A stretch of 64,000 nt of DNA from positions 145,410 through 209,409 of the forward strand of contig DFEZ01000011.1 in assembly GCA_002369415.1 (NCBI GenBank), given 5' to 3'. This document shows positions 1 through 9,904 of this stretch, one piece after another. Below the pieces are notes generated by a model that saw only the letters and a list, made by a program, of their open reading frames with translations, was not told the origin of the DNA and ran no database searches. Position numbers and translations under genes: made by a program. The stretch comes from Bacillales bacterium UBA3789. Lineage in GTDB: Bacteria > Bacillota_I > Bacilli_A > RF39 > UBA660. Numbering within the stretch: position 1 is the first letter of the stretch; the number at the start of each line of letters is the position of its first letter.

Positions 1-795
1 AACAACACTTGCAATATAGTAAGGTTGCCCTTCATTATCTATTTCAAAGTTAACTGAATCAAAGTTAAATGTTGGATAAGATAATTGTAGTTTACGATAT
101 ATATTTTCATTAAATAAACCACTCTCTACATATTTCATTCCTTTATCTAGCTTTACTAGTTTAGCTTTACCATTTGTAGAATTTACAATTATATATCCTT
201 TTACTCCATTTTTTCTATTAGTAATCCATTTAATTACACCATTATATTCTAGAGGGGTAACTCTTACTATTTCGTCATTATAGTTTATTTGTGTATAATC
301 ATTACTTACATCAAATTGAGATACTAATTCACTCATTTGACCCATTACTCTATCACCTATTTTTTCTGATGAATCTCTATCAAGTAATGGCATTTTATTA
401 AAATCTGCTTCTTTTATTTCTGTTGTGAAATCAGCAGTTTCATCTACGGTGATTCTTTGATAATATGCTTTTGACTGAAACAATGGTGAAAAGATTAGAT
501 TAATTACAATTATAAGTATTATTAAAATTGGTACTATAAGAATAAACTTCATGTAATTAAACTTATTTGTAATTATCTTCTTTCTATTAAATAATTCTTC
601 TAATGTTAATCCTACATTAAATATAGAATAACAAACATAAAACACTACGACTAATAATAGTAAAAAGAACCAAAATTCCATATTATGAATATTAATTGCT
701 GGATAAAACATATAATAATATATTCCTCCTGCAATTAAAGTAATTAATAGAGAAATAATAAATCCTTTTACTGTTTTATTTTTCTTTTTATTCAT
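1..795 (-). CDS. Hypothetical membrane protein, 3'-partial (runs off window start): N-terminal TM helices then a predicted extracytoplasmic domain
   Basis: Stop-free minus-strand frame from ATG at 795 (MNKKKNKTVKGFIISLLITLIAGG...) to position 1. RBS AGGAG 7 nt upstream. Absent from the ORF track because it has no stop inside the window. Confidence 0.5.
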   Translation of the reverse strand, partial: MNKKKNKTVKGFIISLLITLIAGGIYYYMFYPAINIHNMEFWFFLLLLVVVFYVCYSIFNVGLTLEELFNRKKIITNKFNYMKFILIVPILIILIIVINLIFSPLFQSKAYYQRITVDETADFTTEIKEADFNKMPLLDRDSSEKIGDRVMGQMSELVSQFDVSNDYTQINYNDEIVRVTPLEYNGVIKWITNRKNGVKGYIIVNSTNGKAKLVKLDKGMKYVESGLFNENIYRKLQLSYPTFNFDSVNFEIDNEGQPYYIASVV

Positions 796-898
796 ATCAT
801 CACTCCTTATTAATATTATATCAAATTTAAGAGATATGTAAATTTGTTTTTTAGAGCGTTTTGTGGTATAATATGCGCATATTTAAGGGGGTTTTAGT

Positions 899-1732
899 AT
901 GAATGAAGATTTCATAGAAGCTATGCCTGTTATTACTAATAATGATGGTTCAGGAATACTTTTTCATTCATATGATAAAGTCTATCCATATACTACAGAA
1001 GTTATATCGGGATATATGCCTAATTGTACTGGTGCAACTATATTAACTGTTGCTGGAAGTGGAGATCATTTTTTAAATGCTGTATTAATGGGTGCTAAAA
1101 GAGTTGATTCATTTGATATTAATAAACTAGCATTACTTTATCAAAAACTTAAAAGAGCTGCAGTTCTTGCTTTATCAAAAGATGAGTTTTATGATTTTAT
1201 GACAAGAGATGCTAGAAAATATTTTCCTAAAGTTGCTCAATACTTAGATAGTAATTCTATTGAGTTTTGGAGTGAATATTTAAAATACTTTGTCTATGGG
1301 ACAGGTATTCAAGGTACTCCTATGTTTTATCCGAGAAGTCATGGTAGTGATTACCTTAAAATGAATAATTATATGCAACAAGGTAATTATGATTTATTAA
1401 GAGATAGACTTGGAAGAGCTACTTTAGATGATGAATTTCATATGGATATAGATAAATTATATATAGGAAATAAATATGATAAGATATTTCTTTCTAATAT
1501 AATTAACTATAAGCCTTTGAAAGATGATTTTGCTGAAACTATTGGTAGACTAATAGATTATAATTTAAATACAGGTGGAGAAATCTATTATGGTTATTTT
1601 TATCATAATCATCAAGATGATATTGATTTCTATTTAGATTGTTTTCCTTCAACTGAGATTATTCCAGTTGATAGTACTACTTTTAAAGGTGAAAAAGATC
1701 ATGTTTTAGTATATAAAAAAAGAAGTCATTAG
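899..1732 (+). CDS. Hypothetical protein; weak resemblance to the DUF3419/BtaA-type SAM-binding fold (TVAGSGDHFLNAVLMGAKRVDSFDIN)
   Basis: 277-aa ORF preceded by GGGGG RBS. The motif match is weak and by eye only. Confidence 0.4.
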   Translation: MNEDFIEAMPVITNNDGSGILFHSYDKVYPYTTEVISGYMPNCTGATILTVAGSGDHFLNAVLMGAKRVDSFDINKLALLYQKLKRAAVLALSKDEFYDFMTRDARKYFPKVAQYLDSNSIEFWSEYLKYFVYGTGIQGTPMFYPRSHGSDYLKMNNYMQQGNYDLLRDRLGRATLDDEFHMDIDKLYIGNKYDKIFLSNIINYKPLKDDFAETIGRLIDYNLNTGGEIYYGYFYHNHQDDIDFYLDCFPSTEIIPVDSTTFKGEKDHVLVYKKRSH

Positions 1733-1740
1733 ACTTCTTT

Positions 1741-2487
1741 TTATTTTATTACTGCACTATTTATTATGTCTTTAATTACTTCATCATTAAAGTACTCTAA
1801 GTTATATACTCTAATTACATATAATTTACCTTTTTCAATTAAACTAATTTGTTTCATATCATCATCTACAAATATATAACCGGTTCTATCTCCTTCAATA
1901 TAATAGATTTTATCTAATGAAGGTAAATTATATTCAATAAAGTTATAGAAATATTCTTCTTTAATCTTTGTAGTTGGTGTAAAAATATTATAATCTTTCT
2001 TTTCTCTTGTTCTTATATATTTAATTAAATCTACATCATTTTTTATATCATGTTTTTCTAAGAACTTGTTTCTACTTGTTTTAGAAATATATATTGGGAA
2101 GTGATTTAGTTCTACATAAATACTATCACTATTATAATTATTAATTTCATCTATTCTAGTTTGGAAGATACCAATCATTAAAGCAGTATTTTTATCCATA
2201 TTAGAATTAACATAATACTTATAATTATAATCTGAATCATCTAATTCAAAATCTTCTACATAATTCTTAATTTTAAAGTTTTTATATTCTAAGTAATTTG
2301 TTTCATTAATTTGATCTTTATTATATTTTTCTGAAGTAATAACTTCACCTATTCCATATGTCTTATTAGTAATGTCATTATTCATAAAATTGTCTGACAT
2401 ATAAACTATTCCAAATTTAAATAATACAAATAATACTATATAAAAACATAATAATTTTAATATTAAATTCCAATTGATTTTTTTCAT
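1741..2487 (-). CDS. Hypothetical membrane-anchored protein (N-terminal TM, Asn/Tyr-rich ectodomain)
   Basis: 248-aa ORF; hydrophobic N-terminus LILKLLCFYIVLFVLFKFGIVY. Confidence 0.45.
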   Translation of the reverse strand: MKKINWNLILKLLCFYIVLFVLFKFGIVYMSDNFMNNDITNKTYGIGEVITSEKYNKDQINETNYLEYKNFKIKNYVEDFELDDSDYNYKYYVNSNMDKNTALMIGIFQTRIDEINNYNSDSIYVELNHFPIYISKTSRNKFLEKHDIKNDVDLIKYIRTREKKDYNIFTPTTKIKEEYFYNFIEYNLPSLDKIYYIEGDRTGYIFVDDDMKQISLIEKGKLYVIRVYNLEYFNDEVIKDIINSAVIK

Positions 2488-2541
2488 TATCTCACCATTC
2501 TCATTATATTAAAAATAAAAAGAAGTTGCAAGAACTTCTAA

Positions 2542-3354
2542 TTATATAAAATAAATAATTGTAAACAAAGCAATCGCAAATAAGTATACTGAGAATGCCC
2601 ATAATTTACCATTAATAAGTGTTTTTGTTAACCATTTATATGAGAAATAAGTTGTTACAAATGCAAATACCATTCCTAATGAATAATATAGTAATAAACT
2701 TAAATCAATTCCTGCAGTAATTACATCTCCAACACCTAATATCATAGTACCAACACTTACAGGTAAATATAACATAAATGTATATTTAAGAGCAGAATTT
2801 CTATTTAGTCCGCATAATAGACACGCTACTAAGACAACACCACATCTTGAGATTCCAGGTACAATTGATACCGCTTGGCAAAGACCAATTAGTATTGCAT
2901 CCATGTATGTAATATCTCCATCATCTTTATCTCCGTCTTCATTCATTACAAGTATTAATGCAAGTGCTGTAACAATAAATCCAAATCCTACAATAAATAC
3001 ATTTTTACTTAATAAATCAGATAAGCTTTGATTAAATATAATTCCTATTACACTAACTGGAATTGTACTTATAATCATTAATAATAGATATTTTAATCTC
3101 TTTTTATCTTTTTGTCTCTTAGTTTTAAAATAATTAATTGATCCTTTTATAATATCTATAATATCTTTTCTTAAAATAATTAATATTGCGATGAATGATG
3201 CAAAGTTAAGAAATATTTCTAGATTTAGATCACTAAATAATGATGTATTAAATAATGCTTTACAAACATAAATATGTCCACTACTTGAAATTGGTAATGG
3301 TTCAGTTATACCTTGAAGTATACCTAAAAATATATATTTAATGATGTCCATCAT
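2542..3354 (-). CDS. uppP: Undecaprenyl-diphosphatase (UppP/BacA)
   Basis: N-terminal GILQGITEPLPISSSGH signature of the BacA family; polytopic membrane protein of about 270 aa. Confidence 0.9.
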   Translation of the reverse strand: MMDIIKYIFLGILQGITEPLPISSSGHIYVCKALFNTSLFSDLNLEIFLNFASFIAILIILRKDIIDIIKGSINYFKTKRQKDKKRLKYLLLMIISTIPVSVIGIIFNQSLSDLLSKNVFIVGFGFIVTALALILVMNEDGDKDDGDITYMDAILIGLCQAVSIVPGISRCGVVLVACLLCGLNRNSALKYTFMLYLPVSVGTMILGVGDVITAGIDLSLLLYYSLGMVFAFVTTYFSYKWLTKTLINGKLWAFSVYLFAIALFTIIYFI

Positions 3355-3387
3355 ACCACTCCTATTCTACTTTAATTATAACATAAT

Positions 3388-3963
3388 CTAAATGAATATA
3401 AAGAATAATCCTAATAATATCAATGAAATTATGTCAAATGAATTTAATATTTTATTTTTAGTAATTGTTCCTACTATGTCACTAATAATAAATGAAACAT
3501 TACTTCCTAACATTAAATAATAAAGATAATTGTTTCCTACTATGTTAATTGTAATGACATTTACCATTAAAAGGATTAAAGTTTCAAATACATATTTTAT
3601 TTCTATTTGTTTATTAATAGAATTAATTATTATTAATAATATTCCTAATACTATTACAAAGCTAAATAATATCCATTTAAATAGGTTATTTAACATTAAT
3701 AGTATAAATATACTTACTAGTACTAAACTTAGATCCTTGAATGATTCTGATAGTCTTCTTAGTGCTTCATTATTATCTTTTCCTGTATAGATACTTTTTA
3801 AAATAAAATATATAAATATAGTTACAAATAATAATATTAAGAAAACTATACTATTATGTTTTAATGATTGAAATATTATTATTAATGTCATTAATACTAT
3901 AGTTGCAATTGAACTAAATATTGAGATTATTCTATTATATATACTTTTCTCCATATTAATCAC
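3388..3963 (-). CDS. Hypothetical polytopic membrane protein
   Basis: 191 aa, multiple hydrophobic helices; stop overlaps the downstream rdgB start. Confidence 0.4.
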   Translation of the reverse strand: MINMEKSIYNRIISIFSSIATIVLMTLIIIFQSLKHNSIVFLILLFVTIFIYFILKSIYTGKDNNEALRRLSESFKDLSLVLVSIFILLMLNNLFKWILFSFVIVLGILLIIINSINKQIEIKYVFETLILLMVNVITINIVGNNYLYYLMLGSNVSFIISDIVGTITKNKILNSFDIISLILLGLFFIFI

Positions 3964-4540
3964 CTAATTCTTTTAATAATAATTCTAATGCTCTTCCTCT
4001 ATGAGATACATTATTCTTTTCTTCTTCTGTTGCTTCTCCAAATGTTTTGTTTAAATCTTTTGATAAAAATATTGGATCATATCCAAAGTCTAATTTACCT
4101 TTTTCTTCATCAATAATTGTTCCTTCTGTTTTACCTACAAATTCTTTATATGTTCCATCTGGATGATATAGAATTAAACAACAGATAAAGTATGCTGATT
4201 TATCTTTTCCTTTTAATTCTTTTCTTAATTTATCTCTATTAGCTTGATCATCATGATTACCTGCATATCTTGCACTATATATTCCAGGAGCTCCATCTAG
4301 TCCATCACAACATAATCCTGAATCTTCTGCAATTACATCTAGTTCTTTATTAATACTTTTTAAATATTCACTTATTGTCTTTGCTTTAATAAGTGCATTT
4401 TCACTAAATGTTTCTCCGTCTTCTACTATATCATCTTTGTATCCAATTTCTTCCATTGATACAACTTTATAACCTTTTAATATTTCATTTACTTCTTTTA
4501 TTTTATGTTTATTATTACTTGCTAAAACTATTTCTTTCAT
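3956..4540 (-). CDS. rdgB: Non-canonical purine NTP pyrophosphatase (dITP/XTP pyrophosphatase, Ham1/RdgB family)
   Basis: MKEIVLASNNKHKIKE... start matches the (A/S)(T/S)xNxxKxxE Ham1 motif; 194 aa. Confidence 0.8.
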   Translation of the reverse strand: MKEIVLASNNKHKIKEVNEILKGYKVVSMEEIGYKDDIVEDGETFSENALIKAKTISEYLKSINKELDVIAEDSGLCCDGLDGAPGIYSARYAGNHDDQANRDKLRKELKGKDKSAYFICCLILYHPDGTYKEFVGKTEGTIIDEEKGKLDFGYDPIFLSKDLNKTFGEATEEEKNNVSHRGRALELLLKELGD

Positions 4541-4624
4541 ATAAACTCCTTCGACATATACTATAATATAAAATTCTTATTATTACAAACGAAAACACAT
4601 ATATTATATGTGTTTTTTATACAA

Positions 4625-5314
4625 TTAATCTACAAATTCATCTAAATCATATAGTTTTCCATCTTTAGTTTGAACTATAGTTGTAGTATATCCAGTTGTT
4701 CCAGCTGCAACATTAATTGAATAATGTTTAACTATATTATTTATATCTTTAATATCCTTAAGATCTTTATAGTTTAGTGTTTGAACTGCATTATACTCAT
4801 TTATGTATTTTGCTGTTCCATCTTCTAATAAAAACACAATTCTTGAACTTGATACTTCTTGACCAAATGGAGCTTCAAATACTTCAACAACATTTTTGTC
4901 AAAATCTATTGCTATTTCATCAGTATCAGATTGATTTTTATTAGCATTTATAGATGTTCCATGTGTTTTTATTACAGCACCCCAATATATTCTGGCATGT
5001 ACAATTTTATTGTTTGTTGAATCAATTTGATAAGATACACCATTAATTGATCCATTTACTATTTCATTATTATATGTTACTCCGTTTTTCTTGTTTTCTA
5101 TTTTATTACCATCATAGAATAACGGACTTTTTTCTTCTGATATAGTTTTATTTTTTTCTTGGACCATTTTACTATCTGATCCTTTTCTTTGTTTTACTAC
5201 ATCATTTGCTATTCTACTTGCACCAGCTAAGTATCCTCCTAAAGTAGCTGCTACCAATAGTATCACTATTAGTACTGTTACTAATATCCATGATTTTTTC
5301 TTTTTCTTTTCCAT
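4625..5314 (-). CDS. Hypothetical membrane-anchored secreted-domain protein
   Basis: Lys-rich N-terminus plus a single TM (WILVTVLIVILLVAATLGGYLAG), then a soluble domain. Confidence 0.4.
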   Translation of the reverse strand: MEKKKKKSWILVTVLIVILLVAATLGGYLAGASRIANDVVKQRKGSDSKMVQEKNKTISEEKSPLFYDGNKIENKKNGVTYNNEIVNGSINGVSYQIDSTNNKIVHARIYWGAVIKTHGTSINANKNQSDTDEIAIDFDKNVVEVFEAPFGQEVSSSRIVFLLEDGTAKYINEYNAVQTLNYKDLKDIKDINNIVKHYSINVAAGTTGYTTTIVQTKDGKLYDLDEFVD

Positions 5315-5329
5315 TTTATCCCTCCTTCC

Positions 5330-6778
5330 CTATTTCTTTATTGCTTTTAATATATTGTTTAATAAACCTTTTGTTTGAATTAAACTATATAGAGAATTAT
5401 CATCTGAAACACATTTTATTGCTGTAGTTAGTATTTCATTTGTTTCTCCTGGAAGTAACATATATTTACTATGTGGATATGTATAATCTATAAAGAATAT
5501 TGGTATTTGCATTTGATAATCTAATGTTACTTGCTCAGTATTATAATCTGCTAATGGTAATGTTTTCTTTAAACCATATAGAGATGTTATAAATAATGAA
5601 TGTTTATTAATACATATTTCATCTAAGTATCCAATAATAATATCTAATCTTGCTAACTGTTCTTTTAAATTATTTATTGTTTTAGATACATCCATATGAT
5701 AATCGAATATTATTACATCATATGGAGAATTATCAATTAGGCCTCTTACTATTTCTTTGTTATACATATTATTATCTTGTTTCATAAAAACTATATTTGG
5801 ATTATTTACTTGATTTAATCCGTTTGCATAGAAGTTTACTTGTTGAATGTTTGCTTCATCACAAATTAGTAATACTTTTTTATTTACTTTAGCTAATATA
5901 TTAGCAAGACTACTTTCATAATTAATATTACTACTAAAATATAGAATATTATATGCTGAATATAATTGGATTAAAGAGAATATATTTAACTCTGCTTCTT
6001 CTTTAAATACTTCTTTAGCATTTGCCATTATTGCAGTAATTAAATTATCATAATTTTCTCTTCTTGTATTAAAGAATAGAATTGTATCTCTATTTGTAAT
6101 AGTACAATCATTTGTAGTAGTGAATCCTTCTACATTACATGGTACAATGCCTGCTTCTTCAAGAAGTTTAATTTTCTTTTCTGTTTCAGCCCATCTTTCA
6201 CATGAACAATAGAATAGCATTTTCTTTAGATACATGAATTTTTCTTTATCATTGGCATCACTAATATAATTTTTACCCATTACGAATCCAACTGTAATAT
6301 GTTCATTTAAATGGTATTTAATATAATTAATAATATTTATTAATTTAGGATATTCTGATAAATCTAATTGAGGTAATAATAAGTGCATATATATTCTTTC
6401 ATCTTTATCAAGAGATAGAGTATTTACAAAGTTATTTATTTGTTCTACAACTTTTTCACTTCTTGGTTCAACAAAAATATGCGTTTTTGTTGCTGGAATA
6501 TTAATTTTATCTTGGAATGTTACATATGCAGGATTAGTTGCAAGTGTTTCTCCTAATACTCCACTTTGAATATAATCAAGTTCCATTTTATATGGATCAC
6601 CTAAAAAGAATTGTTGATATGCTCCTTTTGCTTCTAGTGAGTTTGTTACTGCAGTTGTAAAAAAGGCTGTTTGCTTTAATGTAGATAAATGTGGCATACA
6701 TTCATCTATAGAAATACTATAACTTCCTGGTCTTTCAATACCTAAACCATTAAGTAAAAATACTACACTCTTCTTCAT
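5330..6778 (-). CDS. Hypothetical cytoplasmic protein; N-terminus faintly resembles cofactor-independent phosphoglycerate mutase (VVFLLNGLGIERPGS vs ILDGFG) but lacks the catalytic GNSEVGH motif
   Basis: 482-aa ORF with no TM segment; the family assignment is speculative. Confidence 0.3.
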   Translation of the reverse strand: MKKSVVFLLNGLGIERPGSYSISIDECMPHLSTLKQTAFFTTAVTNSLEAKGAYQQFFLGDPYKMELDYIQSGVLGETLATNPAYVTFQDKINIPATKTHIFVEPRSEKVVEQINNFVNTLSLDKDERIYMHLLLPQLDLSEYPKLINIINYIKYHLNEHITVGFVMGKNYISDANDKEKFMYLKKMLFYCSCERWAETEKKIKLLEEAGIVPCNVEGFTTTNDCTITNRDTILFFNTRRENYDNLITAIMANAKEVFKEEAELNIFSLIQLYSAYNILYFSSNINYESSLANILAKVNKKVLLICDEANIQQVNFYANGLNQVNNPNIVFMKQDNNMYNKEIVRGLIDNSPYDVIIFDYHMDVSKTINNLKEQLARLDIIIGYLDEICINKHSLFITSLYGLKKTLPLADYNTEQVTLDYQMQIPIFFIDYTYPHSKYMLLPGETNEILTTAIKCVSDDNSLYSLIQTKGLLNNILKAIKK

Positions 6779-6853
6779 ATTATCACCTATAATATATTAT
6801 ACCAAATTAAAGTTTAATTTAATTAAAAAACGTAAAATAAATATTATTTTACG

Positions 6854-7609
6854 TTAATTATCTAATCTTGGAGTTAATATTTCATAACCATCTTCTGTAA
6901 CTAAAATTGTATGCTCATAGTGAGCTGCTGGACTTTTATCTAAAGTCTTAACTGTCCAGTCATCTTCCATTACATATACATCTCTATGACCAAATGTTAA
7001 CATTGGTTCAATACAGATACACATTCCTGGTTTTAGTTTAGGTCCCATTCCAGGGTAGCCAAAGTTCGGAACTTCTGGATCTTCATGCATGTCTCTTCCA
7101 ATACCATGCCCGCATAATTCTCTTACTACTCCTAAATTATGTTCTTCAGCATACTTTTGTACTGCATATGAGATATCACCAATTCTATTTCCTGGTTTTA
7201 CTTGCTCTACTCCTACGTATAGAGCTTTTTCTGTGTGTTCCATTAAATACTTTTTATCATCATCAATTTCTCCTACAGCATATGTCCATGCTGCATCTCC
7301 TTGATAACCTTGATATCCAATTACAACATCAATTGTAATTATGTCTCCATTTTTTAATTTATAATCATTTGGAATACCATGAACTACTGTATCATTAACA
7401 CTTGTACAAAGAGTTGCTGGATAACCTTCAAATCCTTTACAAGTTGGTACTGCATCCTTTGATAGTATAAAGTCTTCACAAAGTTTATCTAACTCTTTAG
7501 TAGTTATTCCCTCTTTAATATATGGCTTTATATATTTATGCATTTCAGATACAAGCATTCCTGCTTTTCTCATTAATTCTATTTCTCTTTCACTTTTAAT
7601 TGTTATCAT
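6854..7609 (-). CDS. map: Methionine aminopeptidase, type I
   Basis: MITIKSEREIELMRKAG..., conserved metal-binding Asp/His/Glu pattern; 251 aa. Confidence 0.9.
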   Translation of the reverse strand: MITIKSEREIELMRKAGMLVSEMHKYIKPYIKEGITTKELDKLCEDFILSKDAVPTCKGFEGYPATLCTSVNDTVVHGIPNDYKLKNGDIITIDVVIGYQGYQGDAAWTYAVGEIDDDKKYLMEHTEKALYVGVEQVKPGNRIGDISYAVQKYAEEHNLGVVRELCGHGIGRDMHEDPEVPNFGYPGMGPKLKPGMCICIEPMLTFGHRDVYVMEDDWTVKTLDKSPAAHYEHTILVTEDGYEILTPRLDN

Positions 7610-7636
7610 AAAATCACCACTCTCATTATATATCGT

Positions 7637-9889
7637 TTATTCAATTCCTTCAATTAAATATTTCATTATAGTTGTCTTTCTTATGTCAGAATTTGTATTC
7701 TTAGACGCTTTATCTAATGCTTTAATATCTCCAATTATATATAATCTTTTCTTAGCTCTTGTTACTGCTGTATAGATTAATTTTTGATAAAGCATTTTAT
7801 TATATCCTTTAACTATTGGTATTACTACTACATCAAATTCTGAACCTTGTGACTTATGTATACTTATTGAATAAGCCAATCTAAAATTAATAAAATTAGC
7901 TGGAGTATATTTTACTATATTTGAATCAAAATCAATATATATTTCTTTTTTAGGAGATAAGTTAATTCTATTAATTAGTCCAATATCACCATTATATACA
8001 TTATCATCAGGCATATTAGTTAATTGAATAACTTTATCATTTTCTCTAAATGTAACTTCTCCAATTTTATTTTCTTTTTTATCTTTACTTTTTGGATTAT
8101 AAATAGTTTGTACTCTATTATTAATTTCATCAATACCATTTAATCCTTTATACATAGGAGCAAGTATTTGAAAATTTCTATAATTTAGATCAATATATGT
8201 AGTTGCTATCTCACAGATATTATCAATTACTTCACTATCAGGACATTCTATAAATGTAAGATCATCATCTACATTAAATATATCTTTATTTATACTTTTA
8301 TTTCTAATATCATAAGCTAAACTAATAATATTAGAATCTTTTCCTTGTCTATATAATTCTTTTAATTCTACTACTTCTAGCATTTTAGACTCTATTAAAT
8401 CATGTAATACTTGTCCTGGACCAACTGATGGTAATTGATGATCATCTCCAATCATTACAATTTTACAACTACTAGATAATCCTTTAATTAAAGCATCTAA
8501 TAAATATGTATCTATCATACTTGATTCATCTATTATTACAAATTCTACTTTACTTTTATTATATTCATTTACTTGGAATTTGTTATTTTCTTTATTCCAT
8601 TTTAAGAATCTATGAATTGTACTTGCATTAAATAGAGTTGCTTCTGATATACGTTTTGCTGCTCTACCAGTTGGTGCAAGTAAAGCTATTTGTTTAGTTA
8701 ATTTCTCATATGGTAGTTTATTCATCATTCTATATAATTCTACAATTGCTTTCATAATTGTAGTTTTTCCTGTACCTGGACCACCAGTAATTATTAAGAA
8801 ATCTCTTTTATAAGCTTTTTTAATTGCTTCTAATTGATCTTTATTATATTTAATATCAAAGAATTCTTCTAAATCATTAATAGTTTCATCTATCTTTTTA
8901 GCAGGTAATTCTTTATTATTATTTAGCATTCTTAATCTTTTTACAATATTACATTCAGCATCATACATATCTCTTAAATAATATCTATCACTTTTAATTA
9001 CTATATCTAAATCTAATTCTAATTCTTTTATAGCACTATTAAACTCGCTTTCTTCAATAGATACTCCTAATACTCTTGGAAGTAGTATTGCTAAATCTTT
9101 CTTTGAATAATATGAATCTCCATAAGTATTACTTACTTCATTCATTATATAAATAATAGATGATTTTACTCTATTTATATCATCTTTAGGAATACCATTT
9201 CTTAAAGCAATAACATCTACTTTTTTAAATCCTATATCATAGATATCTTTAATTAGTCTATAGATATTTTCTTCAATTATATCTTTTGTTTTATTTTTAT
9301 AAGTATTATAAATTAACATAGCATCTCTTGTTGAAAAGCCTTTATCTGTTAAATAGATAATTGTTTCATAAGATGATTCATATTCTTTTAATTTATCATG
9401 TAATAGATTGGCATTCTTTTTAGTTATTCCTTGTACTAGAATTAAATCTTCAGGTTTTTTTAATATTACATTTAATGTATCTTTTCCAAATGCATTAACA
9501 ATATTTTCTGCTTTCTTTTTACCTATACCTTTAAATAATCCTCCAGTTAAGAATTCAATAATTGAATCTTTTTCTTCTGGTTTACATCTTTCATATGAAT
9601 TTACTTGGAATTGCTCTCCATATTTATCATGATGAACTAATTCTCCATAAAACATATAGATATCAGTATTATTTAATTCATGAAAATAACCAGTAAAAGT
9701 AATACTTCTTCCTATATAATCAGAAAGTTTTTCATCGTTTGTATCTCTAACCTTAAAAATACCGATAATGTAACCGGTATTACTTTCATAAATACTACGT
9801 GAATATGTTCCTTTTATATAAGTTGAAATATCAATCACTTCCAGTCTAAATACGCTTTTTAGTATATAGTACATTTGTATGTTTGTCAA
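7637..9889 (-). CDS. recD2: RecD2-like ATP-dependent DNA helicase (RecD/TraA family)
   Basis: Walker A ITGGPGTGKTT, helicase motifs LLAPTGRAAKR and DESSM, N-terminal HhH region; 750 aa. Confidence 0.85.
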   Translation of the reverse strand: MTNIQMYYILKSVFRLEVIDISTYIKGTYSRSIYESNTGYIIGIFKVRDTNDEKLSDYIGRSITFTGYFHELNNTDIYMFYGELVHHDKYGEQFQVNSYERCKPEEKDSIIEFLTGGLFKGIGKKKAENIVNAFGKDTLNVILKKPEDLILVQGITKKNANLLHDKLKEYESSYETIIYLTDKGFSTRDAMLIYNTYKNKTKDIIEENIYRLIKDIYDIGFKKVDVIALRNGIPKDDINRVKSSIIYIMNEVSNTYGDSYYSKKDLAILLPRVLGVSIEESEFNSAIKELELDLDIVIKSDRYYLRDMYDAECNIVKRLRMLNNNKELPAKKIDETINDLEEFFDIKYNKDQLEAIKKAYKRDFLIITGGPGTGKTTIMKAIVELYRMMNKLPYEKLTKQIALLAPTGRAAKRISEATLFNASTIHRFLKWNKENNKFQVNEYNKSKVEFVIIDESSMIDTYLLDALIKGLSSSCKIVMIGDDHQLPSVGPGQVLHDLIESKMLEVVELKELYRQGKDSNIISLAYDIRNKSINKDIFNVDDDLTFIECPDSEVIDNICEIATTYIDLNYRNFQILAPMYKGLNGIDEINNRVQTIYNPKSKDKKENKIGEVTFRENDKVIQLTNMPDDNVYNGDIGLINRINLSPKKEIYIDFDSNIVKYTPANFINFRLAYSISIHKSQGSEFDVVVIPIVKGYNKMLYQKLIYTAVTRAKKRLYIIGDIKALDKASKNTNSDIRKTTIMKYLIEGIE

Positions 9890-9904
9890 ATTAAAAGAAA
9901 TGAT

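Noticed and set aside
3530-3790. 86-aa plus-strand ORF
   Set aside because: Lies entirely antisense within the 3388-3963 membrane protein gene. It is low-complexity I/L/N-rich translation of AT-rich DNA and has no RBS.
7089-9632. Plus-strand ORFs 7089-7304 and 9408-9632
   Set aside because: Antisense to map and recD2 respectively, both of which have strong homology; no RBS.
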